From Eledone cirrhosa (taxonomy: Eukaryota), in NCBI GenBank assembly GCA_964016885.1, contig OZ024745.1, positions 91,512,001 to 91,576,000 on the forward strand: 64,000 nt of DNA, given 5' to 3'. Both the position numbers and the translations under genes were made by a program. Below, in pieces: positions 12,340 through 22,273 of the stretch. Numbering within the stretch: position 1 is the stretch's first letter; every line of letters begins with the position of its first letter. The notes beneath the pieces were generated by a model, which made no database searches, had not been told where the DNA came from, and saw only the letters and a list, made by a program, of their open reading frames with translations.

Positions 12340-12600
12340 TTACGTTCTGCGTTGAAATCTTAATAATGTGGACTTTGCCTGTCATCCTTCTGGGGTTGAC
12401 AAAACAAGCACCAGTCAATTAATGGATATCAATATATAAAAAATTTGTGACCATCTACCTATGTTACAAATAAATATTTTGTTAGTGCAGTAGATTTACA
12501 GTCGGTGTTAGAAAAAACGTCTTGCAGTATTTAGTTGCGCCCCTTTACACTTAGACTTTGCAACTGAGATCGACTTTACTTTTAATCTTTTTTGGGTGTA
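12340..12600 (+). mobile_element. old, degenerate SINE copies
   Basis: GACTTTGCCTGTCATCCTTCTGGGGTTGACAAAACAAGCACCAG at ~12371, with a second decayed core at ~12570. Confidence 0.55.
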
Positions 12601-12775
12601 ACATAGAGGTTTATGTTATTGCCCTTTGCTAAAAAAAAAGCCTAAGGTAAAAATAAAAATATTTTTTCTGTGTAAGTTAGGCGAAACATTTTTATATTTG
12701 TTTTCTATAAATATATACGTAGTTTTTCTTTTTATAGGTATTTTTATTTATTCAACTCGACTTCAAATCTTCTGG

Positions 12776-13873
12776 ATGGAATCTTCAGGGAATGAACACT
12801 TTGATTTGAATGTGGAACCAGCTGAAGCTAGTGATTGTGAAGGCCAAAGGTGTCGTTTAGGCTCAAAATTTTGTTCTTCTCTTGGAGTAGAACTTGGGTC
12901 ATTTGTAAGAATAACAACACCTAAAATTTCAGCAATATGTAGTGTCTGGCCAAGACCTGAGGATCAAGATGGTGTATTGCAGTTTAGTGAATTAGTGACC
13001 CGTGATTGTTTTAAGACGACCAAAGTTTGTGATGGTATACCTCATATTGATGTGCTTTCTACAGCAAATGCCAAATCTACTGAAATAAGTATAATTGCAA
13101 AAGACATTAACAGTTTTGAAAAATTAAAACACATGCATAGGCATTCAGTATTTCTTCAGGAATATTGTCGCAGCTGTTTACATTTTGTTGGCATTGGTGT
13201 TAATGTGAAAGTTAACTTGAGCAAATCAGATGTTGGTAGTAAGTATGGTATGTCGTATATAATTGTCCATTCCATTAAACCAGAAACTACTGATGTAGCT
13301 ATTGTGAGTAAAGCAACTAAAGTCCGAATACGTGATGTTATTACTGAAGAGAAATATAAACAAAGACTCAATAAACCAAATATAGTTCTTGGTGGATTAG
13401 AACAACCTGCTGAATCTCTAAAAGAAATTGTAAGGCTCCCCATGATTCTAAAAGAAAACCCCAATTTTCGAGGTGCTGATTTACCACGTGGAGTGTTGCT
13501 CCATGGTCCTCCTGGTTGTGGTAAAACAACTCTTGTAAAATATGTTGCTGTTGAATGTGATGCTCATTTAATTACAGTCAATGGACCTGAACTTTTGTCA
13601 TCTCAGCCCGGTGAAAGTGAGCAGAATCTTAAAGCAGTCTTTGAATTAGCAACTCGAATTGGTAAAACAGATGGCTGCATTTTGTTCTTTGATGAAGTTG
13701 ATTCAATATGTCCCAAACAAGAGTCTTCTTCAAAGAGTACAAGACTAACAGCCCAGTTAGGTTTACTTATGGATAGCATAGAAAATGACAGTGGTCTTGT
13801 TGTGGTGGCTGCTAGCAATCAACCAGCATGTATTGATCCCACTATTAGACGCCCTGGAAGATTTGATCGAGAG
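12776..13873 (+). CDS. SPATA5L1: CDC48-family AAA+ ATPase (SPATA5L1/AFG2B-like), first coding exon: N-domain and D1 AAA core
   Basis: Acceptor TTTTTCTTTTTATAG at 12737 and ATG at 12776. Walker A GVLLHGPPGCGKT, Walker B ILFFDEVD, sensor 1 VVAASN, SRH IDPTIRRPGRFDRE. Phase-0 donor GAG|GTAAGA at 13874. The pore-loop region SSQPGESEQNL fits AFG2B. The symbol is from recalled similarity, not from a search. Confidence 0.85.
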
Positions 13874-14076
13874 GTAAGACTTACAATCAACCATCATAAT
13901 ATGCCACATATATATTTTTTATATATATATATATATAAAGGGTGAAAGCAGCGATTCTTTGCTTAAACTTTAATCTGTTGTTTTAATAAATATTTGCTCT
14001 ACGGTTCTTATATATTTGATATATATTTATCCTTATCGAGCCCTCTTTGGATTTTAGTCTTCAAATTTATTATTAT

Positions 14077-14115
<39 letters not shown>

Positions 14116-14177
14116 ATATAGAGAGAGAATAAGAAAAAGCGAAGTAGTTTCAGATGTTAAAGTCCTTTAATGATAAT

Positions 14178-14252
14178 GCTGTGATACATATTTCAATGGC
14201 GACAGTGGCCACACGGTTCGGTGCGCCCAGTGCCGTGACATCATCAGACAGC
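14178..14252 (-). ncRNA. putative type I hammerhead ribozyme-like motif
   Basis: Minus strand reads GCTGT-CTGATGA-[long hairpin]-GAAA-TATGTA-TC-ACAGC. Stem I is GCTGT/ACAGC and stem III is short and quasi-palindromic. The stem II closing pair is non-canonical. Confidence 0.5.
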
Positions 14253-15127
14253 TTGTTACATAATAAGGTTATGTTTCTGAGGCAATCCAAATTGAATCGA
14301 CATGGGAACGGACAAAGCGTGTGCTCTTGAGTTCTTCGCCCGTTCCTTTGTGAGTCCCAATTCATCCCCACCGGTCTGCGCAGGCGCAAGTCCAAAGGAA
14401 GTTGACCATCAACTACCGCAGAGTTCTACGAAACTCGCCTAGTGGGGGTGGGAGAGTATGAGTATCAATAGGTCTCAATACTACCCCAAATAAGCATGGA
14501 CAGTAGATTGACCATCAACCGCTAAGAGAATATATACTTATTTCTAGGTATTATGGTTTCACAGTGGAAATTATGAATGAGAGTTGGAAATTAACACTAA
14601 AAATAAAAAATTAAAAAAAATTTACAAGTTAGAATCTAGATTGAAGTAAGTAAAAAATATATGTACATATAATAACTAATAAATAGGGAGATGTTTAAAT
14701 TATAGTAAGAAGTTTTGAAAGTGGGATCAATATTACAGATAACATTGATCCCACTTGATTTTTAATTTTTAGTGTTAATTTCCAACTCTCATTCATAATT
14801 TCCACTGTGAAACCGTAATACCTAGAAATAAGTATATATTCTCTTAGCGGTTGATGGTCAATTCTACTGTCCATGCTTATTTGGGGTAGTATTGAGACCT
14901 ATTGATACTCATACTCTCCCACCCCCACTAGCTTTCGGCCAGCTGCCACTAACAGGCTGGCTAGCAGTAAGCTATAACCGTGTCATATTACAGGCCTGGA
15001 TGGGGTCATTGTTTGGTTGAGAGGGGACCTGCCTAGGCGAGTTTCGTAGAACTCTGCGGTAGTTGGTGGTCAACTTGCGCCTGCGCAGACCGGTGGGGGT
15101 GAATATGTATCACAGCATTATTATTAA

Positions 15128-15337
15128 CCCTTTAGTGTTCAAACCGGCCAGAATTCTCTACCTCTTTCTGTTGAAACTGGCTGTAACTGGTCACTCAAAC
15201 TGATGTTAAGGTATTGTTCTCAAAATAAATACTTTCAAAATCTCATAGATTCGATATTATGTGAGACAATTATGTGAGGTAAAGCCTTTACCATGAAAAT
15301 ATAATAGCATATATAAAATAATGTGAATGCTAAAGGG
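15128..15337. mobile_element. piggyBac-like MITE, copy 4
   Basis: TTAA at 15124-15127 and 15338-15341, with TIRs CCCTTTAG ... CTAAAGGG. The empty site with a single TTAA is visible in the other palindrome arm (14167-14170). Confidence 0.9.
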
Positions 15338-15477
15338 TTAAAGGACTTTAACATCTGAAACTACTTCACTTTTTCTTATTCGATTTATACTCCGTCACTC
15401 CTATTTGGAAAACGTACGTTGAGTGCTTGAATTGAATTGCATCAATGTTAACCGTAAGTATATATATATATATAGCA

Positions 15478-16292
15478 TAATTGAATAATAAAGAGAGATA
15501 AACACAGATATATTTCACATACGTGTTCAAATCGTAAGGGGCCAGATCTGCTAGGGTCAAAAAGATACTAACTATGGACAATAGGGTTTGCCAGACTTAA
15601 TTTAAGAATAAATCAAGAAAATAAATACAAACCGGAATTGTGGTAACTACCAGACACCCAGACAGCGTTTGGTGATGCTGTTTCGCAATTTAATTGTGAA
15701 GAGAATTCAGTGGGTGTAAAATTAGTAAACTCTTCATTTCTAAGTATCTCCGAAAACTGAATAGTGTGCATATATAAAATAACGCACATGTCATCAGAAC
15801 CTAGCGTGCTTAATAAACTCATACCACTAAAAATAGTAGCCAAGTTTATTCTACATTTAAATTAGCTCAACAAATTGACAGCCAAATATATCAAAGGTAT
15901 ATATTGAGTTACAAACTCAAAATAGTCTCTTACAATAAAATAGCTCAAGGAAAGAGGTTTTTCCGAGCCGTATAGTATAATTGAATATAAAAGAGAGATA
16001 AACACAGACATATACATATATGTGTTCAAATCATAAGGGGCCAGATCCGCTAGGGTGAAAAAGATACTAACTATGGACAATAGGGTTTGCCAGACTCAAT
16101 TTAAGAATAAATCAAGAAAATAAATACAAACCGGAATTGTGGTAACTACGATTTGAACACATATATGTATATATCTGTGTTTATCTCTCTTTTATATTTA
16201 ATTATATTAAATATATTTAATATATGGCTTGGAAAAATCTCTTTCCTTGAACTATTTAATTGTAAGAGACTATTTTGAGTTTCTAACTCATA
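15478..16292. repeat. direct plus inverted repeat module (pseudo-LTR-like architecture)
   Basis: ~15478-15650 is repeated directly at ~15978-16149, and ~16149-16292 is the reverse complement of ~15891-16031. Confidence 0.8.
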
Positions 16293-16302
16293 TATACCTT
16301 TG

Positions 16303-16628
16303 GAGGCACATGGCTTAGCATTGGCCTTGCAATCGAAGAGTTGTGAGTTCAATTCTCAGACCGGGTGATGTGTTGTTTCCTTGAGCAAGACACTTTATTT
16401 CACATTGCTCCAGTTTACTCAGCTGTAGAAATGAGATGATAGGGACTGGGGTCCATATCATTCCACTACAAAGTGGTCGTGCAGGTGCCACGGCAGAAAA
16501 GCACCCAGCACTCACTGTAGATGAGGTTGGTGTTAGGAAGGGCATCCAGCTGTAGAAACCAAGCCAAAATCAGTTCCCGTCCCACCCTTGCAAGCAGGGA
16601 AAAAGCGGACGTAAAATGAAATGATGAT
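16303..16628 (+). mobile_element. tRNA-derived SINE (Nin/Deu-like central domain) followed by an RTE-type 3' end
   Basis: TGGCTTAG..GAGTTCAATTCTC..TCCTTGAGCAAGACACTTTATTTCAC..CTCAGCTG, then GGTTGGTGTTAGGAAGGGCATCCAGC.GTAGAAA (shared with LINE 3' UTR ~22129-22165) and the tail GGACGTAAAATGAAATGATGAT. Confidence 0.7.
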
Positions 16629-16991
16629 ATATATATATCCCCAAAATGTATACACACTTTGATTACCTGTACAGGCAATAATTATTAGAATGCTGTTGAA
16701 GTGTGTATATATATGTGTGTGTGTGTTAAGTATTTCCGTAGAAAAGTAAAAGAAGAGTGTTCTATGTATTGTACAGAGCTATTTCATTACCGAATTAGAT
16801 GTTGGTAGTAAGTATGGTATGTCGTATATGTGTCCATTCCATTAAACCAGAAACTACTGATGTAGCTATTGTCTGACAAACAAGCTAGATGTTTCTTGCA
16901 AGAATCATCTAGTTTCCTGAAACCTTCAGTAATGAAATAATTATATTGTGTTGTTTATTAAGTAAAAAATTATATATATAAATTAAATTAG

Positions 16992-17152
16992 AAGATTTTG
17001 CTGTAACTTTGACTAAATAAAATAGTCTAATAATAACAGCTTGTATAAACCCACTGAATAGAAAAAGATGGGCATATATTTCTGTTCAGTGGATTTATTT
17101 ATACATCCTATTATTACACTACTTTATTTAGTCAAAGTTATAGCAAAATCTT
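16992..17152. repeat. hairpin / MITE-like inverted repeat
   Basis: AAGATTTTGCTGTAACTTTGACTAAATAAA ... TTTATTTAGTCAAAGTTATAGCAAAATCTT, with an inner CCACTGAA/TTCAGTGG stem. Confidence 0.7.
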
Positions 17153-17802
17153 CGAATTCAATTTTCAAACACTGCTCACCATTTTCTAAACACACACACA
17201 CACGTCTGTGTGTAACTCTTTAAAATTTTTATACACAGTGCATTTCCTATATCAGTCATTTTGCTACACTAAGTTTGCTTTCCAGTCACAAGGTTCTGGG
17301 TTCTAACTATTCATTTGTTTTTATAAATAGGCATTTCTCCAAAGTTACTCATACATTTAATCTTGTATGTCATTTGTACATACTCGCTAAACATTTATGT
17401 AAATATATCCTAGAAGTATATTATTACAGTATTTCTATCTCTAATCACTACCACATGTCAGTAATCAATATATACTATAGGGTTTCTTTGATGACACAGG
17501 GATACAGTGCACCTATTTTAAACTATATATATACATACACACAAATATATATCATTTTTATGTTGTCTTTTCCATACTGGCAAGGGTTCAACAAGAGTTT
17601 TTGTAGTAATACTTTATAGCTGGATGCTCTTCTTGACACCAACCCTTTTAGTCACTTCTTGCAGCACACAAGATACAATGTACCTAATCTGCTCTACACT
17701 GGATATACATGGTTAAATCTAATGTAAAAAAATAGTTTAGATTTTTGTGTTGCCACCCAATGCATTGCACTAATTGTATTGAATTCCTTTTGTTTTTTAA
17801 AG

Positions 17803-18003
17803 GTCCTACTGAGTATCCCAACAATGAAACAGAGAGAGAAGATTTTGATGGCACATTTGAAGAAGATGCCAGTAGCTGTAGATGTAAACGTTGGTGAATT
17901 AGCTGAAGTAACTACTGGTTACTCTGGAGCAGATCTTGCATTGTTGTGTCGAGAAGCTGCTTATATTGCTCTGTCTGAATATCAAGCAGCTCCACTAGAT
18001 ACA
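17803..18003 (+). CDS. SPATA5L1: SPATA5L1/AFG2B-like, second coding exon (D1 lid subdomain); the gene continues beyond the window
   Basis: Acceptor TTTTGTTTTTTAAAG| joins in phase 0 to give FDRE|VLLSIPTMKQREKIL...LAEVTTGYSGADLALLCREAA, the canonical AAA lid. Donor ACA|GTAAGT at 18004, with an alternative in-frame donor at 18052. The D2 domain is not in the window. Confidence 0.85.
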
Positions 18004-18076
18004 GTAAGTTATATTACTCTGTCTGAATATCAAACAGCTCCACTAGATACAGTAAGTTATATTACTCTGTCTGAGT
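17961..18076 (+). repeat. seed of the 48-bp array: exon-end monomer, one full copy and one partial copy
   Basis: TTATATTGCTCTGTCTGAATATCAAGCAGCTCCACTAGATACAGTAAG (17961-18008), a copy at 18009-18056 and a partial at 18057-18076. Confidence 0.95.
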
Positions 18077-21000
18077 TTCGTTTATTATTACTGTTATATG
18101 CTTCTCCAATTATGCCCAAAATCCGAAGATTTCATTTAAACCCTCTCGCTAACTACCCCATTTGTTTTTCTAAAATAACAATCTTGTTTGTTTAATTTTG
18201 GCCGAAAAATTCTAGGTTTTATAAAATGTCCTCATTGTCCCTTTTATTCTTTACCCCCGACCCACTATATCGTATTATGCGCCGGCTAGTTCACCCTTTC
18301 AATCACTCCCTTCTCTCACCAAATATAAATAAACCTGTTACGAGGTACAAATCTCAGAATTTGTCAACGCTTATTAATGGTAAGACCCCATCGTTCCCTG
18401 CGAAGTATAATGTAAATGCCATTTTTCTTATCTCTCTCCAGCCTATCGGTCCATTCATTCATATATCCATATCTTTTGCTCTCTCTCAATGCTATTCTAT
18501 AATTCTGTCTAGTTGTTTCTAAATAATCTTCTTGTATTTTAAAACCCCATTATTCGCTTATTATTACTGTTATATGCTTCTCCAATTATGCCCAAAATCC
18601 GAAGATTTCATTTAAACCCTCTTGCTAACTATCCCATACACCTCCTACCCACCCCACTCTCGACCATTATTATTAGGACCAATCATAAGTCAGCGGACTA
18701 TGCTATCACTTCTGGTTGCTTGCCGATATGATGGATGGACTATGGAATTCTGGAGAGTCTGAAAAATCTGGACACTCAGTGACAATGCTAAAGATAAAGA
18801 CAAATTCACCACATGCTGCCGGACGAAAAGACAATGACTCCTCGTTTCGGTCGCGGATAGCCAACATAACCCCATCCCCCAAACCCCTCCCCACGCCCCA
18901 CCGTTCCCACCCACCAAATGCAATCCAAAACTTCAGAGTTGGTACCATGAATGTAGGCACCTTAAAAGGTCGCTCTAACGAGGTTGTAGAAATGCTTGAA
19001 CGTAAGGAGGTTGATGTTTGCTGTATCCAAGAGACCAGGTGGAGGGGTGGGTAAAAAACGATGCTATAAGCTTTTCTGGGTGGGAAATGAAAATGGGCTG
19101 GGTGGGGTAGGAATCATGTTAGCAGAAAAATGGGTAGATAAGATAATAGACGTAAATAGAGTGAACGACAGAATAATTAAAATAAGACTTGTCCTAAATA
19201 GAACTACTGTGACAGTAATATCTGCGTATGCACCCCAAACCGGACTGCCTGGCGCTATAAAAGACAGATTCTATGAGACATTGATGTTCACTACGTCCCA
19301 AATAACCTACAGTGACTACATAATTATTGCTGGCGACCTAAATGGTCACGTTGGACAACATTGTGACGGCTATGACGGAATCCATGGAGGCTATGGGTTT
19401 GGTACTAGAAATGAGGAAGGCTCCAGAATCCTGGAATTCTGCGACGCAAATAACCTAACTATCTGTAACACTAACTTAAAAAAACGAGACAATCACTTGA
19501 TCACCTATAGATCAGTGGAACACGCCAGTCAGATAGATTATATCCTTACCAGAAGACATGATAGAGTGTCTGTTGTAAACACTAAACCCCTCTCCCATGA
19601 AGAATGCACCTCCCAACATAGACTCATAGTCAGGACAAGACGTACTCGACAACAGAAGAGGACTATCCTCAGGAGAAAAATATGGAAGCTAAAGGACCCC
19701 ACAGCCAGTAATAAATTTAAAAGCATATTACTTGATGCTTTCGACAGTAAGGAAGAGCAATTAGAGTCGTACAATATAGAGGAACAGTGGGAATTCCTGA
19801 AAGCTAACCTGCTGATGGCGGCAGACGAAGTCTGTGGCTGGAGCAGGCCTATAGGCAGGAGGTTAGTAACGTGGAGGAGTCAATTAAGGCCAAAAAGCAG
19901 GCTTGGAAAGTATGGGGGAAGTAGAGAAGACTATCAAGTGGCCAGGAGGGAAGCTAGGAGACAAGTGTACTTCGCAAGAAGGGAAGCAGAGGAAAGAAAG
20001 TTCAAGCATGTTCTACAACGCAAGGACCAAAAACGTGAGGTGTTCAGGATTGCTAGGCAATGTGTCAAGGAAAACCGTGATATTGTCGGGGAGAAGTGTG
20101 TACTTGCCATCACTGACGCTGATAAGAAGGTAGCTTGGAAGTGTCACTACGAAAGGCTACTAAATGAGGAGAATAAATGGGAGAAAGACGGTCTCCCCCA
20201 CATCGATCCAATAGAGGGACCAGCAGTGCGAGTTGAAGGTAGTATAATAAGTAAGGCAATCAAAGATATGAAGACGGGTAAGGCGGCCGGGCCTTCGGAA
20301 ATAGTTGCTGAAATGCTGAAAGCATCTGGAACGGTGGGACACACTATGGTCACCCGGATAGTAAACCAAGTCATACATAATGGGGCCGTTCCGATGGACT
20401 GGCGTAGCAGCATCATCATTAACTGTTACAAGGGTAAAGGAGATGCTCTTGATAGGGGTAACTATAGAGGCATTAAATTAATCGACCAGGTCATGAAGGT
20501 CACAGAAAAAGTAATAGCGCAACTAATCAGAGAACGAATTGATCTAGATGAAATGCAGTTCGGGTTTGTGTCAGGTAAAAGTACGACAGACGCTCTTTTC
20601 ATTGAACGACAACTACAAGAGAAGTACCTAGCTAAAAGTAAACCCTTATACTTAGCTTTTGTTGACTTGGAGAAAGCCTTTGACAGAGTCCCCCGCTCCA
20701 TTATCTGGTGGGCTCTTAGAAAACTAGGTGTTGATGAATAGCTTGTGAGAGCTATACAAACCATGTATAAAGAAACAGTCAGCAAGGTTAGAATTAACAA
20801 CGAATATAGTGAAGAGTTTAGCGTGAAAGTTGGTGTTCATCAGGGCTCCGTTCTTAGCTCCCTACTATTTATTATTGCCCTTCAGGCTATAACAGAGGAG
20901 TTCAAGACCGGCTGCCCATGGGAACTCCTATATGCAGATGATCTAATGCTCATAGCTGAATCAATGGCTGAGCTAGAGAAGAAATTCCAAACATGGAAGC

Positions 21001-22273
21001 ATGGCCTAGAATCAAAAGGCCTTAAAGTTAACTTGTCTAAGACTAAAGTTCTAGTTTGTAGGAAGGAAAATAGGGCACCATTCCCATCTGGGAAATGGCC
21101 ATGCTCAGTGTGTAGGAAAGGAGTAGGCAGAAACTCCATTTTATGTCCCAAATGCAAAGTATGGGTGCATAAAAGATGTAGTGGGATCACAGGTAAGCTA
21201 ACTAAGAATATAGATTTTATATGTGGCCGGTGCTCTGGTGCAATAAGTAGCAGCAAGTGCCCACAGAATACTAGCTCATTCCATTGCACAGATGGTACTA
21301 TAGAAATAGTGGACACCTTCCGTTACCTGGGTGACAAAATCAGCAGTGGGGGAGGGTGCTCTGAAAGTACAGTAGCTAGAGTCAGAACGGGATGGAAAAA
21401 GTTCAGAGAGCTTATACCACTATTGGCCGTTAAAGGGTTCTCTCTAAAAATGAAAGGCAGGCTGTATGATGCCTGCATACGAACAGCAATGTTACATGGC
21501 AGTGAGACCTGGGCATTGTGTGCAGAGGATATACGCAGACTGGAGAGAAACGAAGCTTGCATGCTCCGCTGGATGTGTAATAGTAATATACATGAACGGC
21601 AAAGCATAAACGAACTAAGGGAGAAATTAGAAATAAGAGGGATCAGATGTTGTTTACTCGAGAGAAGACTACGTTGGTACGGTCACGTGATGCGCATGAA
21701 AGACGACAGCTGTATAAAAAAGTGCAGGGCGATAAAAATAGATGGTAGCCACGGAATAGGCAGACCCAGAAAAAGCTGGGACGACTTGATAAATTCCGAC
21801 CTCACACACTTACACGTCTCCAAGACAATGTCACTGGACCGAGATCTTTGGCGCTACACAGTCATACAGAAGACCCGCCTTGCCTAAGTACAAAGTGAAA
21901 CCTACAGTCAGTAGGCACCTCTAACAAAAGACCCCCCCCCCCCCCCCCCGTCCCACTACCCCCACCCCATCCACACCACCCCCTTAAATGTGAAGTTATG
22001 TTGGTACCACAACATCTAGTCCGAAACAAATGAGGTCGTGTAGGTGTCACGACAAAAAAACACAGTACACGCTGTAATGTGGCCGTGTAGGTAACACGGT
22101 AAAAACCTCCCAGTCCACACTGTAAACGTGGTTGGTGTTAGGAAGGGCATCCAGCCGTAGAAAACCCGCCAGACAGTTCTATACGAGCAGGACAACAAAT
22201 CTTGCCTCAAGTGGGAAACCTCCCGTCCAAACCCATGCAAGCATGGAAGATGGACGTTAAACGATGATGATTA
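18077..22273 (+). mobile_element. near full-length RTE-clade LINE, disabled
   Basis: APE motifs (GTMNVGTL, CIQETRW, ISAYAPQ, GDLNGH, SQIDYIL) and RT motifs (YRGIKL, QFGF, FVDLEKAFDRV, GVHQGSVLS, YADD at 20931-20942). (GAT)n-like tail. TGAGT is present at both flanks (18072-18076 and 22274-22278). Confidence 0.93.
18716..21887 (+). pseudogene. RTE ORF (endonuclease and reverse transcriptase), inactivated
   Basis: Frameshift/deletion near 19050, apparent compensating indels ~19870-19915, and an in-frame TAG at 20739-20741 where W is expected (GVDE*LVRAIQ). The frame continues to 21887. Confidence 0.88.

Larger units (their letters stand above)
14126..15381. repeat. large imperfect palindrome (Penelope-like / foldback repeat)
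   Basis: 14440-14612 is the reverse complement of ~14757-14931. 14400-14442 pairs with ~15033-15076, 14360-14389 with ~15075-15104, and 14126-14192 with ~15102-15127 plus 15338-15381. Confidence 0.85.

Noticed and set aside
12626-12775. N-terminal extension of the 439-aa ORF
   Set aside because: It has a non-ATG start and runs through a polypyrimidine tract and acceptor. The first ATG is at 12776. The ORF tail 13874-13945 is likewise intronic.
18716-21887. Active autonomous LINE or programmed stop read-through
   Set aside because: Multiple independent lesions, and TGG>TAG at a conserved Trp, indicate decay.
21932-21985. C-rich tract (G-quadruplex potential on the minus strand)
   Set aside because: It is a low-complexity part of the LINE 3' UTR with no further support for function.
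19538-22240. Minus-strand and alternate-frame ORFs over the LINE
   Set aside because: These are shadow ORFs of the RTE coding sequence.
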